Source of the DNA: an uncultured Gemmatimonadaceae bacterium
GTDB lineage: Bacteria; Gemmatimonadota; Gemmatimonadetes; Gemmatimonadales; Gemmatimonadaceae
NCBI GenBank assembly: GCA_963829055.1
Contig: CAWHHI010000006.1
Span: 64,001-128,000, forward strand
Direction: 5' to 3'
Length of the DNA stretch: 64,000 nucleotides
Shown here: piece by piece, positions 1-15,004 of the stretch
How the letters are laid out: every line of letters begins with the position of its first letter
Position numbering within the stretch: position 1 is the stretch's first letter
The notes under the pieces: model-generated
Database searches by the model: none
What the model saw: the letters and a program-made list of their open reading frames with translations, nothing else
What the model was told of the DNA's origin: nothing
Position numbers and translations under genes: made by a program

Positions 1-145
1 CAACGGGCTCCGTGGCTTTCGCAAGTGAGGTGGACCGACCAAGCGCAAACAAGATACCCGCGGCTCAGCCATCAACGGATGACGTGGCTTGCACCCAGCG
101 TCACCCAGTCACCAGCACGACCACCCAGCAACCAGCGCTGCCCAA

Positions 146-203
146 CCTTCCTCTTGCTAAACGAAAGGAGTTATTCCTATCTTCTCTCGGTAAACGAAAG
201 AAG
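146..203 (+). promoter_or_regulatory. Two tandem imperfect palindromes upstream of padR, probable PadR operator
   Basis: CTTCCTCTTGCTAAACGAAAGGAG and CTTCTCTCGGTAAACGAAAGAAG lie just before the GTG start. Confidence 0.5.
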
Positions 204-215
204 AGAGCGTGCGAC

Positions 216-556
216 GTGGCCGATACCGAACGCGGCGGGGAAGTCATCAAGGGAACCCTCGACCTCCTCGTCCTCAAGACCCTCCAGTTGGGGCCAATGC
301 ACGGCTGGGGCATCACCGAGCTGATCGAGCAACGCTCGGAAAATCTGCTGAGCGTGAACCAGGGCTCGCTCTACCCGGCGCTCTACCGACTCGTCAGGCA
401 GGGACTCATTCGCTCGACGTGGAAGACGAGCGACAACAATCGCCGAGCACGGTACTACGAGCTGACGGCGGCCGGGCGTGAGCAATTGCGTGAGGAGCGT
501 GCACAGTGGGAGCGCCTGTCGCGCGGCGTGAACCTCGTGCTGAAGACAGCGGGAGA

Positions 557-560
<4 letters not shown>
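216..560 (+). CDS. PadR family transcriptional regulator
   Basis: KGTLDLLVL..GPMHGWGI..VNQGSLYPALYRL..NNRRARYYELT; GTG start at 216. Confidence 0.93.
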
Positions 561-3218
<2,658 letters not shown>

Positions 3219-3596
3219 AGCTGGAGTCATTCCGAGCTCGTCGTCACCGATGAGGAGTGGGAGTCATCCTAAGAGCCAATCGCGGAATGAGGTAGCTCCG
3301 CGCTACGCTGGCCATGCCGATCGGCCACACCGACTGATCAGCATCGAGGCCAATCCGTTGCGGAGGAGGAGGTTCCATGCCTGCCACCCGTGCACCGAAA
3401 GCGTGCGATGGGTGGTGCTGCTCAAGCCCGGAACGGTCTCAACGTCCGCGTTAGGCGGGGCGTGCCCGCGTTCGCGATCACACTGGAGGCGGGAGCCGGG
3501 GCCCCTCCTCATGATAAGGCGACATACCGCCTAGCTTGCTTCCTGCATATGAGTCGACTTTCTTCCGCGTCCGACGTAAGAGCACCTGAGGGAGCT

Positions 3597-4400
3597 ATGG
3601 AAATGCAGTTGCAGCTCAAGGAGCGAATTCGGTCATATGTACCGCGCCCGGTCATCGAAGCGCGGCGAGCCGTCATAAAAGGGGTACGGCGTGCACGGGC
3701 CGAGTGGCCGTTGATGTCGCTCCAGCTTGGCAGGCTCGGGACTCTGGACTATAAGAGCCGCGGAGTACTCGTACGGCGACTCCTGGATGCGCACGAGCAT
3801 GTGCAGTGTGCGCACACGCACGAAGAGATGGTTCGCATCCTGAAAGAGATATTCGCCATTCCGGCCGATCGGCCCGGCTGTATTGTCGAGGCGGGATGCT
3901 TCAAAGGCGGTAGTACCGCCAAGCTCAGCATTGCCGCAGCCGAAGTCGGGCGCCGGCTCGTCGTATTCGACTCGTTCGAAGGTATTCCGGACAACGACGA
4001 ACCGCACGACACGACGATCTTCGGCGACACGGCTCGGTTCGCGAAGGGGTCGTACGCCGGCAGGCTGTCGGAGGTCTCTGATAACGTGGAGCGCTGGGGC
4101 GAGCTGTCGGTGTGCGAGATGGTGCCCGGCTGGTTCAGCGACACGATGCCCAAGTTTCGCGACCCCATCGCGATTGGCTTCATCGACGTCGACCTCGCGT
4201 CGTCCACGCGGACGTGTCTGGAGCAACTCTATCCCCGACTCATTCCTGGCGGCGTGCTGTTCTCGCATGACGGGCACCTGCCGTTATGCATCGACGTTCT
4301 TCGCGATCAGGCGATGTGGAAGGCGATCGGTGGTCCGACGCCAGTCATGACCGGACTCGGCACCGACAAGCTCGTCGCGATTCAGAAGCCACGTCAGTAG
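3597..4400 (+). CDS. TylF/MycF-like (macrocin) O-methyltransferase
   Basis: IVEAGCFKGGS, VFDSFEGIP, PGWFSDT, FIDVDL, LIPGGVLFSHD. Confidence 0.85.
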   Translation: MEMQLQLKERIRSYVPRPVIEARRAVIKGVRRARAEWPLMSLQLGRLGTLDYKSRGVLVRRLLDAHEHVQCAHTHEEMVRILKEIFAIPADRPGCIVEAGCFKGGSTAKLSIAAAEVGRRLVVFDSFEGIPDNDEPHDTTIFGDTARFAKGSYAGRLSEVSDNVERWGELSVCEMVPGWFSDTMPKFRDPIAIGFIDVDLASSTRTCLEQLYPRLIPGGVLFSHDGHLPLCIDVLRDQAMWKAIGGPTPVMTGLGTDKLVAIQKPRQ

Positions 4401-4431
4401 TAGGCAACCGCGCCGTCTGTTCACTGGACGG

Positions 4432-6913
4432 TTACGCACCTGGTGGCTTCGCGCGCTCGCTCACGCGAACGAACCGCTTGTCGGTGCGTACGCCGTCGAA
4501 CAGCGGAGAGGTCATGTAGAACCAGAGCCACGCGTTCTCGGGGCTCGATCGCTCGAGCATACTGAGGCCGCGCGCCGTCTGGCCAGTTCGGACGAACGCT
4601 GCCGCGACGTAGAGGGCATCCGTCGCAGACAGCCGAGTGGTGTCGGGCACCGAACGGAACGTGCTGTCGGCCCAGTGGCGTGCGGTCACCGTGTCGCCAC
4701 TGGCTGCAAGCGCGATGGCCATTGCGGCGAACGGCGGGACCCGATACCCAGCCGCGACTCGCACTGCGCTCCGCGCGTCCTCGAGGGCGAGCGCAACTTT
4801 TCCGGCAGCAGTGCGCGTAGTCGAGCGCGCGGCGAACGAGTAGGACGACGATGGGTCTACCGCGATGGCGCTGTCGAGCCAGCGGAGGCCTTCATCGTAC
4901 TTGCCCGATCGGGCGACGAGCGATCCCAGCGACATGAGCGGCGACGCCCAGTCGGGTTCGATGGCGATGGCGCGGCGGTAGTGGGCGATCGCCGGCGCGG
5001 CGAACCCTGACGCCATGAGCGCCTGGCCGTACTGGTACTGTGCTTCCGCGTTCGTGGAGTCGAGCATGACGGCTCGCTCGAACGCGGGAACGACGCCGTC
5101 GAGGGTGCGCGGGAAGCGAAGGAAGAGCAGGTGCCCGCGTGCCAACCAGGCCTCGGCGCTGGCGGTATCCTGCCCAAGTGCACTGTCCGCGGCGGCCAGG
5201 CCGCGCGTGAGCAGCTCGCCACGCGTGAGCCCGCGCGGGTGTGGCCAGCCCCAGTCGGCGAAGACAGCGTAGGCGTAGCCCTTCCGCGCGAGTGCTCGCG
5301 TCATTGCGGGATCGATGCGACTTGCGATCTCGAACTCCTCGATCGCGCGCGCGACGCTCACCGGGTTCCGTTTCGCGAGCTGGAAGTTGCCGCGCAGGTA
5401 GTGATCGTGTGCTTCGGGATTCACGACCAGTGGCTGCACCAGCACCGCACGGTCGTCCGGCGCTCAACGCTCCGCCGGCGTGCAGTCGCAACCTGGTCGA
5501 CGATGGAGTCCTGTATCGGGACGAAGCTGCCGCCGCGTGCGACGTCATACTCGTCGGTCCATGCCTCGGATGCGTCCGCCGTGCTGACGAGCTGCAACGG
5601 CGATGTGGACTCCGGTGCTGGTCCGCCTAACGTTGCCGTCCAGGACGTACTGTACCCCGAGCAGTCGGCCAGCCTCCGCCGGATCGGCGGTGGCGGACGT
5701 ACGGAGGCGCGCTACGGCCCCTCGGCTCTTGATCCGGAGTTTCCCGATCCGGCCCAGCCGTGACGTGATCTCTTCCGTCAGTCCGTCGGCGAGGTAGGCA
5801 TCGAGCGTATCTGAGGATCGGTTGTGAAAGTAGAGCACCGCCACGCTCGGCGATTGCGCCGAATCGCGGAGCTGCCGCGTGCTGGCCGGCGCGATCTCTT
5901 GCTGGCCCCGGGCCTGCAACGTCGCCCACGCTCCTGCCCCGACTACGGCCATGGCCGCCGCTGCAATCACGATCTGCCTAACGCGGTGGCGACGTCCGGG
6001 TTGCGGCGGCACCGGCGCGCTGGCTCCCGTGTCCGGCGTCGCGGTCGCGGGGAAGTCCGCGCTCGCTAGCCCGTAGCGCGAGCTGGTCGAGTGCGCGCAC
6101 GAAATCGGCAGCCGTCGCGAATCGGTCGGCCGGCAGCGTCGCCATCGCCATCGCCGTGACAGCGTCGATCTCGGCCGTGAGCGATGCGCGCACGGCTCGC
6201 ACGCTCGGCGCGCGGTCCGTGAACCGACGCGCGATGATGGCCTGGACGGTCGGCCCCGCGAATGGCGGCTCGCCGGCCAGCATCTCGTAGAGCACGCAGC
6301 CTAACGAATAAATGTCGCTGCGAGCGTCGACGTCGGTCTCGCCCGAGGCCTGCTCCGGGCTCATGTACGCGGGCGTCCCGACCACGAGCCCGATGCTCGT
6401 CAGGCGTTCGCCGTCGGCGGCATTCACCGCGCGTGCAATGCCGAAGTCCGTGACCAGCGCGTGGCCGTCGGACAGGAGGATGTTCTCGGGCTTGATGTCG
6501 CGATGCACCACGCCGCGCGCGTGCGCGTACGCCAGCGCTTCCGCGGACTCTCGAGCGAGGCGGAGGGCCTCGCCGACGGGGAGCTGACGTTCTGCGACCA
6601 GGCGCGCGCGGAGCGACTCGCCCTCGACCAGCGGCATCGTGTAGTAGAGAAACCCGCCGGACTCGCCGCCGCCGAACAACGGCACGATGTGCGGGTGCTG
6701 GAGCCGGGCGGCGAGCTGCGTTTCGCGTCGAAAGCGCTCCACGCTCATCGACTCCGCGACTTCGGGGAGCAACACCTTCAGTACGACGCGGCGGCCGAAC
6801 GCCCGCTCCTCCGCGACGAACACGCGCGACATTCCGCCGCCGCCGAGCTCGCGTTCGAGCCGAAAGGCGGAGCCAAGAGCGGTCTGTAGCTGGTCGGGCA
6901 GGTCGAGGGTCAC
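4432..6913 (-). CDS. Ser/Thr protein kinase with TM segment, TolB-N-like and TPR domains (frameshifted across 3 or more ORFs)
   Basis: ELGGGGMSRV, HRDIKPEN, DFGIARA, GTPAYMSPEQ; SVAVLYF..YLADGLTEEIT; TPR-like repeats in 4432-5445. Confidence 0.88.
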
Positions 6914-6994
6914 GCGAGGGCCGCGAGGGCCAGATTGAACGCGTCGAACATAGGCGCTGTTCATCGGTCCGCCAGCCGCTCATCTTCGGTGCTC

Positions 6995-7432
6995 ATGGAT
7001 CCGTACCTCGCCGCCGCAGTCGACGAAGCCCGTGAAGGTCTGGCTGAAGGGGGGATTCCGATCGGCTCCGTCCTCGTGATCGATGGCAGGATCGTCGGAC
7101 GCGGGCACAACCGGCGGGTGCAGAAAGGGAGCGCGATCCTGCACGCCGAGATGGACTGCCTGGAGCGAGCGGGGAGGCTCAAGGCGGCCGACTATCGTCG
7201 GTCGACGCTCTACTCGACGCTGTCGCCGTGCGACATGTGCAGCGGCACGGCCCTTCTGTACGGCATTCCGCGGATCGTGATCGGCGAGAACCGCACGTTC
7301 CGTGGGCCTGAGGACTACGTCCGGTCGCGCGGCGTCGAGCTGACTATCGTCGACGACGCTGAGTGCGTCCGGCTCATGCGCGAGTTCATCGCTGCGAAAC
7401 CCGAACTCTGGAACGAGGACATCGGGGTTTAG
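6995..7432 (+). CDS. Nucleoside/cytosine deaminase (zinc-dependent CDA family)
   Basis: GGIPIGSVL, HAE and PCDMC motifs, WNEDIG C-terminus as in yeast-type cytosine deaminase. Confidence 0.9.
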   Translation: MDPYLAAAVDEAREGLAEGGIPIGSVLVIDGRIVGRGHNRRVQKGSAILHAEMDCLERAGRLKAADYRRSTLYSTLSPCDMCSGTALLYGIPRIVIGENRTFRGPEDYVRSRGVELTIVDDAECVRLMREFIAAKPELWNEDIGV

Positions 7433-7536
7433 TCTGGATAAGTCCAGGGTCAGCCACCTAACGACCCACGCGTTCTTGCAACTCTGCCCCATCTGCGGCG
7501 ACAGTGATGCGCCGCCCCCAATGTGATAGGTGTGAC

Positions 7537-9237
7537 ATGGTCGCGACTCGCCCCACCGCGTTCGCCCTTGCCCTTACCATCGCTGGCGCCGTCCCCACTG
7601 CGCGCGCCCAGCCGGGACGCTCGGCCGAGTTGCCGCGCGAGCACGCCCCGCGTCCGACGACGGCGGCGATCACGGCGGCAGACCTCATGACCCGCCTCTA
7701 CATCTTCGCCGATGACTCCATGCTCGGACGCCTGCCCGGCACGCTTGGCGAGCGCCGGGCGACGATGTACCTCGAACGCGAGCTACGACGATTGGGCTTG
7801 ACGCCGGCCGGCGAGGACCGCGGGTACTTCCAGGTCGTGCCGCTCGTGAGCCGGGTCGTGTCCGCCCGCTCGGCCCTCTCGGTGGATGATACCCCGCTCG
7901 AACTCTGGACCGACGCCGCAGTGAGGGAACGCCAGGATTTCCCGCCGGGACCGGCCCAGCAACCGTTCGCTGGGATAACCGTCGTATATGGTGGTCCGTA
8001 TGCAGACACCACGAAGTGGATCAGTGGCGAGGCCGCCGCTGGCAAGGCGGTGCTGCTCACGCGAAAGGCCGGCGACCGGGTGGTGTTGGCGGAGCACTTC
8101 GGCCGTGCGGCGGCTGTCATTTTCGATGATCTGGAGACGTACCCGCCGTCAGCTGTCGCGGCTTGGCGCCAGCCGTCGGTGTTTCTTCGACCCGACAGTG
8201 CTGCCGGAGCCCCGGCCGCCGTTCGAATCCATGTCACACACGCCGTGGCGTCGCGCCTTTTCGGCGGCGCTCGCCTCGACACATTGCTGCCTGGCGCCAA
8301 TGGCCGTATGCTGCGCGGGCAGTTGACCTTTGACGACTCCGCGGTAACCGCACGGAACGTTGTCGCAGTGCTCCCAGGGCGAGATCCTTCCCACCGCAGC
8401 GAGTACGTCGCGCTCACGGCGCACCACGACCACCTCGGCTACAACCACGAGCCGGTGGACAGCGATTCGCTGCATGCTTTCCGCACGGAACTGGAGCAAC
8501 GGATGCCCGGGGCCGCGGACGGCGCACCGGTTTCACCAGAACAACTGGCGGCGATCCGAGTGAACGTGGATAGTCTCCGGCGCCTTCGCCCGGCCCGCCG
8601 CGACTCGATCTACAACGGGGCCGAGGATGACGGGTCGGGCTCGATGGCGCTCCTTGAGATCGCCGAGGCCCTGGTCGCGCCGGGCGTCACACGCCCCGCT
8701 CGCTCGGTGCTCTTCGTCTGGCACACGGCTGAGGAGCTTGGACTCGTCGGTTCGGGCTGGTATACGGATCACCCTACGGTACCGCGCGACTCCATCGTTG
8801 CCGCGATCAATGTTGACGGGTTCGGGCGGTGGACGCCGAAAGACTATCAGGGCGGGCGCGGACCGCGCACGCATGTGATCGGCGCGCGCCGACTTTCGAC
8901 TCAGCTCGGCGACATCGTCGAGAGCGTGAACAGGGCATCGCGTCATCCGCTCCTGCTCGATTATACCCTCGACGCGCCAAACCATCCCGACCAGATGTAC
9001 TGCCGGAGCGACCACTACATGTACGCGCGTTATAGTATCCCGAGCGTGTTCGTCACGGACCCGTTGTATCCGGACTACCATATTGTGTCCGAGGAGCCGC
9101 AGTACATCGACTACGCGGGGTTCGCCCACGGCACCCGGTTTGTTCATGACCTCGTTCTGCGCCTCGCGAACGCCGCCCGCAGACCGCTTGTGAATGGCAT
9201 GCGGCCATCAAACCCGCACGCGACCTGCGTGCAGTGA
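7537..9237 (+). CDS. M28 family metallopeptidase with signal peptide
   Basis: AHHDHLG, NGAEDDGSG, HTAEELGLVGS, CRSDH, DYH motifs. Confidence 0.88.
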   Translation: MVATRPTAFALALTIAGAVPTARAQPGRSAELPREHAPRPTTAAITAADLMTRLYIFADDSMLGRLPGTLGERRATMYLERELRRLGLTPAGEDRGYFQVVPLVSRVVSARSALSVDDTPLELWTDAAVRERQDFPPGPAQQPFAGITVVYGGPYADTTKWISGEAAAGKAVLLTRKAGDRVVLAEHFGRAAAVIFDDLETYPPSAVAAWRQPSVFLRPDSAAGAPAAVRIHVTHAVASRLFGGARLDTLLPGANGRMLRGQLTFDDSAVTARNVVAVLPGRDPSHRSEYVALTAHHDHLGYNHEPVDSDSLHAFRTELEQRMPGAADGAPVSPEQLAAIRVNVDSLRRLRPARRDSIYNGAEDDGSGSMALLEIAEALVAPGVTRPARSVLFVWHTAEELGLVGSGWYTDHPTVPRDSIVAAINVDGFGRWTPKDYQGGRGPRTHVIGARRLSTQLGDIVESVNRASRHPLLLDYTLDAPNHPDQMYCRSDHYMYARYSIPSVFVTDPLYPDYHIVSEEPQYIDYAGFAHGTRFVHDLVLRLANAARRPLVNGMRPSNPHATCVQ

Positions 9238-9440
9238 CAGCCGACCGCGCCCCCGACGGTAGTGCTGAGCCGCCAGAGGCGGGCCGTCACCACCTGACCG
9301 TTGCCGGGAGACTTGCTCGAGCCGCGGCCTTTGCCTGAACGTGGGACGGTTCGTATGTTGGCGTGGACAACCAACATCCATCGACGCGCACGGCGTGGGC
9401 GTCGCGATTGCGACGGCGCACGCTGGTCCGCGGAGGGCGC

Positions 9441-10897
9441 ATGAAATACCCCGAAGTCAGGAACTATCGCGACGGGTCGTTCGTCGACGGCGACCGCGCG
9501 TACATCGACGTCTACAATCCGAGCGACGGCAGCGTCATCTCACGCGTCCCAATGTCGACACGCGAGGACGTGGACGCCGCGGTCTCGAGCGCCGAGCGTG
9601 CGTTTCCGGGCTGGTCGCGGACGCCGATCAAGGAGCGCGTGCAGGTCTTCTACAAGTACAAGGCGCTGCTCGAGCAGCACATCGACGAGCTCGCCGCGCT
9701 CGTCAGCGGAGGAGAACGGAAAGGTCACGAGCGAAGCGCGGGCCGAGGTGCTGAAGGCGGCGGAGCTCTGCGAGTTCGCGTGCTCGCTGCCGCAGATCGC
9801 GCCGGGCGAAGTGCTCGAGGTGAGTCGCGGGGTCGAGTGCCGGATCGAGCGGTACCCGTTAGGCGTCGTGGCGGCGATCACGCCGTTCAACTTCCCGAAC
9901 ATGGTGCCGAACTGGTCCCTGCCTAACGCCATCGCGCTCGGCAACTGCATGATCCTCAAGCCGTCGGAGCTCGTGCCGCTGAGCGCGGGACGGATCGCGG
10001 AGCTGCTGCGCGAGGCGGGGCTGCCGGATGGCGTATTTCAGGTGGTGCACGGCGGGCGCGAGACGGTGGAGGCGCTGTGCGATCATTCCGGCATCGCGGC
10101 GATCAGCTTCGTCGGGTCGACGAAGGTGGCGAAGGTCGTGTACCGGCGCGGGACGGCGAATCTCAAGCGCGTGCTGGCGTTAGGCGGCGCCAAGAACCAC
10201 CTCATCGTCATGCCTGACGCGGACGTCGAGATGGCGTCGACGAACATCGTGGCGTCGATGTCGGGGTGCGCGGGGCAGCGCTGCATGGCGGCGTCGGTGA
10301 TGGTGGCGGTGTCGAAGGTCGATCACATCATCACGCGGATGGTCGAGCACGCGCGCAACATCGTTCCCGGTCGCGACATCGGCCCGGTCATCTCGGCCCA
10401 GGCGAAGGAGCGGATCGAGCGCTACATCACCGAGGCCGAGGACGCGGGCGCGACGGTGCTGGTGGATGGTCGCGGTGCGGTGGTGCCGGGGCGTGAGGGC
10501 GGCTATTTCCTCGGGCCCGACGATCATCGACAACGTGACGCCGGACATGCGGATCGCGCAGGACGAGGTGTTCGGCCCGGTGCTCGCGATCGTGCGCACG
10601 AAGAACGTGGACGAGGCGATCGCGGTGGAGAATCAATCGCCGTACGGGAACGCGGCGTCGGTGTTCACGGAGAGCGGCGGCGTCGCGCGCCACGTGATGG
10701 AGCGCGCGAGCGCGGGCATGGTCGGCGTGAACGTCGGCGTCCCGGTGCCGCGTGAGCCGTTCTCGTTCGGTGGCTGGAACGAGTCGAAGTTCGGCGTCGG
10801 CGACATCACGGGCCGAGGGTCGATCGAGTTCTGGACGCAGTCGAAGAAAATGACAACCAAGTGGAATCGGGAGGCGGGAACGAACTGGATGAGTTGA
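9441..10897 (+). CDS. mmsA: CoA-acylating (methyl)malonate-semialdehyde dehydrogenase, two frameshifts (~9710, ~10515)
   Basis: ITPFNFPNMVP, SFVGST, GGAKNH, AGQRCMA, DEVFGP, GVNVGVPVP. Confidence 0.88.
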
Positions 10898-11027
10898 GTG
10901 CGGCTGATGCCGGCTCGCCCCCATCCAAGGGCCAATTTCCGGCCTGAGTATCTCCCTGCTACGATAGCCATGCTGATCGGCCACACCGGCTGAAAGCATT
11001 GCTCGAATCCGTTGCCGGGAGGTTCCC

Positions 11028-11845
11028 ATGTCGGGAACGGGCCTCACTACTTCCAGCCTTCTCGCATTCCTCACCAGTCTGCTGGTGGGATGCCCCGCTG
11101 ACGACTCCGTGATTCCCACGTCGCTGACTCGCGGGCGCGTCAGCGTTGACCATGCCGCTGTTGAGCATGCCGCCGCCAGCCCCGAGTTCGGCTATTTCGG
11201 TGCGACAGGACCCGGGTCTCTGGGGCGGGCTCGACCCTGCGTGGGGTGCCTGCGCGAATGGCCACACCCAGTCGCCCGTTGACCTGGCTGGGGACCTGGT
11301 GCGGTCTCGGAGCCACGACGCCAGAGCTGAGCTTCGACTATGACCACTCCACGACGGGAGAAATCTTCAACAACGGCCACACCGTCGAGATCGAGACCGA
11401 AGGGAAGAACGTTCTCACGATCGATGGTGTCGCGTACTCGCTCACCCAGTTTCACTTCCACTCGCCGAGTGAGCACACGATCAACGGCGATGGGTACGAC
11501 ATGGAGCTCCACCTGGTGCACACCAGTGCCACCGGTGCTACCGCGGTGGTCGCGGTCTTCCTGGACCGGGGCCACACGAGCGGGGCCTTGTCGACGATCT
11601 TCGACCAGCTGCCCAATGACGTGAACGTGCATCACGAGCTCGAAGCGCCCTTCGACGTGCGCGCGTTCCTGCCGCAGACCGTGCCCAATGTCCAGTACAT
11701 CGGGTCGCTCACGACGCCTCCATGCACCGACGGGGTGCACTGGGTAGTGCTGGTCAGTCCCGAAACGATCTCCAGCGAGCAGCTGGCGCAGTTCCACGAG
11801 CGGATCCACTTCAACGCTCGGCCGGTGCAGCGCTCGCTTCCCTGA
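11028..11845 (+). CDS. Alpha-class carbonic anhydrase (frameshifted N-terminus)
   Basis: QSPVDL, NNGHT, QFHFHSPSEH, ELHLVH, GSLTTPPCT, NARPVQ. Confidence 0.88.
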
Positions 11846-12288
11846 CCGGCCCGCTCGGTACTGAACGTTCGCGCTCGGGACAACCGCCCTCCCCGGGCCC
11901 CTCCCCCTCTGGCTCGTTAGGCAGCACATCGCGGCGCGCTGGCCGTAGCCCGGCCGGCGCCCCTTCGCGGCAGGGTTGGTTACCCTGCGTGCCGCGAGCT
12001 GGCGTGCCCGCATCTCCGCGGCGCTTACCACGCTGGTGCATACGCGGTCGGTGGGGTCTGATGTGATCATGGTATCGCCGATAGCGACCACGGACGGCGA
12101 AAGATCGGGTTTGCCGCAGGTTGGGGCGGACCGTATGTTGGCCCTGAGGACCCACTCGAGACACAACGGCGACGCGCCGCAACTGGCGGCGCTGGAGTCG
12201 CTTGAACGGTTCGAACGACTCTGACTCCTTGGTCTCGAACTGAGAGTCCACTGCATCCAGCGACGAGCTGGCTCTATCGGGGGTGACC

Positions 12289-13418
12289 ATGGCTGATCGT
12301 TCGACGACCTTTACGGGTATCCACTTCGAGAACCCGTTCCTGCTCTCCTCCGCGCCGCCAACGGAGTCCGAGAGCAACATTCTCCGCGCGTTCGAGGCCG
12401 GGTGGGGCGGAGTCGTGACGAAGACGATCGGGCTGCATCCTGTCGTCAACGTCGTCGGCGCGAAGGCGAAGTTCATGCGCACGTCGCCTGACGACGCCTA
12501 CGTCTCCATGAAGAAGCGGCCCGGTGCGGCGCTGCACTCGTCGTGGAACTGGGAGCTCATCTCCGACAAGGCGCTCGACTGGTGGGTGCCGCGCATCCGC
12601 GCATCAAGGAAGCGTTTCCGAATCGCGTGCTCATCGCGTCGATCATGGCGGGTTCCGGCAACGACAAGGAGCTCCGCAACTGGCAGACGCTCGCGGAAGC
12701 GTGTCAGGATGCCGGTGCCGATGGACTCGAGCTCAACTTCTCGTGTCCGCACATGGACCGGAAAGACATGGGGTCCAACATCGGCAAGGATGAAGGGCTC
12801 TGCTCGGTCGTGACGGAGGCGGTGAAGGCGGCGGCGAAGGTGCCGGTGTGGACGAAGCTCACGCCGGCGACGAACGACATCGTGGTCGAGGCGGCGGCGT
12901 GCTTCCGCGGCGGCGCCGATGCGATCGTGTCGTCGAACACGTTTCCGTCGCTGCCAATGATCGACCCCGAGACGCTGGAGTTCGAGATCAACGTCGACGG
13001 TTTCGTGTCGAGCGGCGGCCTTGGCGGGCCGGCGATTCTGCCGCTGTCGTTATGCAACATGGCGCGCATGTGCCAGGCGTTCCCGGACAAGGCGTTCTCC
13101 GGGATCGGCGGCGTGTCGGACTTCGCCCAGGCGCTGTCGTACTTCCTGCTCGGCTGCGGGACGGTGCAGGTGTGCACGTCGGCGATGCTGGATCAGGCCG
13201 TGGGGCCTAACGTGATCAAGCGGCTGCTCGCGGGCCTGGATCGATTTCTGGAGCAGCATGCGGCGGACGGTTGGACGTCGCTCGAGGATTTCCGCGGGAT
13301 CCGTCGTGATCGCATGGTGGCGCAGTCGGCGATCCGTCGTCCGGCCGGTGATGACTACCAGGGCGGGTACGACATCGTCGAGGGATACGCGGCGCCGGAG
13401 CAGCCGGCGCGGGTCTAG
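12289..13418 (+). CDS. preA: Dihydropyrimidine dehydrogenase subunit PreA-like (frameshift ~12600)
   Basis: NPFLLSSAPPT, AFEAGWGGVVTKT, NWELIS, ELNFSCPH, SGIGGV, VQVCT. Confidence 0.87.
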
Positions 13419-13421
13419 GCA

Positions 13422-13536
13422 CTGTCATCCCGAGGAGCGGCAGCGACGAGGGACCTTCTGCGATGTCATCGTAGCCCGTCCGGCCACAAGAACACTCACA
13501 GAAGGTCCCTCGTCGCTTCGCTCCTCGGGATGACAG
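13422..13536. repeat. REP-like palindrome, TGTCATCCCGAGG variant
   Basis: CTGTCATCCCGAGGAGCG...CGCTCCTCGGGATGACAG with inner GAGGGACCTTCTG/CAGAAGGTCCCTC. Confidence 0.85.
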
Positions 13537-13546
13537 AGGAGAATCG

Positions 13547-14915
13547 ATGCAACTCGATACGATCGTCAAAGGTGGTACCGTCGTCACGCCTGGCGGGACG
13601 TTCGTCGGCGACGTCGGGATCGCGGGCGAGAAGATCGCCGCGTTAGGCTCGTCGCTCGACGCCGCGGGCGCCAAGACCATCGACGCCACCGGCCACTACG
13701 TCATCCCCGGTGTGCTCGACGTCCACGTCCACCTCGAGCTGCCGTTCTGCGGCACCGTGTCGGCCGACGACTACCGCAGCGGCACCCGCGCTGGCGCGCG
13801 TGGCGGCGTCACGACGCTCATCGACTTCGCCATCCCCTACGCCGGCGACTCGCTGAACGACGCCGCCGACAACTGGATGAAGAAGGCGGAAGGAAAGTCG
13901 CTCATCGACTACACGTTCCACATCTGCATCACGCGCTGGAACGAGCACAAGGATCAGATCGAAGGGATGGTGAAGCGCGGCTTCACGACCTTCAAGGAGT
14001 TCATGATCTACGAGTCGGAGGGCTGGCAGTCCGACGATCGCGCGCTCTACGGCACGCTGGAGAAGATGCGCGAGTACGGGACGATGCTGCTCGTGCACGC
14101 CGAGTCGGCGCGGGTGCTCGATGAGCTCATCGCGCGGCATCACACGCCGGAGCTCATGAAGCAGTACGGCGCGCGGCTGCATCCGATGACGCGCCCCAAC
14201 TTCGTCGAGGCCGAGGCGATCCAGCGCGCGGTGCAGTGGAGCGAGGCGACGGGCGGGAAGCTCTACATCGTGCACATGTCCACGGGCGAAGGCGCCGACA
14301 TCATCCGTGCGGCGCAGGCGCGCGGCGTGCCGGTGATCGCCGAGACGTGCGTGCAGTACCTCGTGCTCGATGACTCCGTGTTCGAGCGTGAGGACGGCCA
14401 TCTCTTCGCGTGCTGCCCGCAGCTCAAGAAGCCGAAAGACGTGCAGCGTCTCTGGCAGGGATTGAACGGCGGCGAGGTGTCGGTGATCTCGACGGACACG
14501 TGCACGTTCACGCGCGAGCAGAAGGCGATGTGGGAGGGCGACTGGACGAAGATCCCGATGGGCATGCCGGGTCTCGAGACGCTGCTGCCGCTCACGTACA
14601 CGCACGGCGTGTTAGGCGGCCGGATGTCGATCGAAGACATGTGCATGAAGCTGAGCACGAACCCGGCGCGCATCATGAACCTCGCGCCGCGAAAGGGATC
14701 GATCGCGATCGGCGCGGACGCGGATCTCGCGATCATTCACCCGACGCGGAAGCACACGGTGGATCCGTCGGCGATGGAGACGAACGCGGACTGGTCGCCG
14801 TTCGAGGGGTGGGATCTGGCGGGGTTCGCGAGAACGACTGTGTCGCGCGGAGAGGTGATCGTTGACGACTATCGCGTCGTTGGGAAAGAGGGGCGTGGGG
14901 TCTGGCTTCGTCGGG
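13547..14915 (+). CDS. hydA: Dihydropyrimidinase; true 3' end uncertain because the ORF runs into a heptamer repeat and on to 15166
   Basis: PGVLDVHVH, GGVTTLIDF, HAE, VHMS, STDTC, GMPG, STNPAR, GADAD. Confidence 0.9.
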
Positions 14916-14993
14916 AATCGGGAATAGGGAATCGGGAATCGAGACGCTTCCCGGGGCACAGTTCCGATTCCCGATTCCCGATTCCCCATTCCC
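14912..14993. repeat. Heptamer tandem/inverted repeat (GGGAATC)n...(GATTCCC)n
   Basis: Directly visible; related copies at ~20615-20633 and 29513-29590. Confidence 0.85.
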
Positions 14994-15004
14994 GCTGGTG
15001 CTCG

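Noticed and set aside
11846..12288. Possible riboswitch upstream of preA
   Set aside because: I could not recognise any aptamer consensus.
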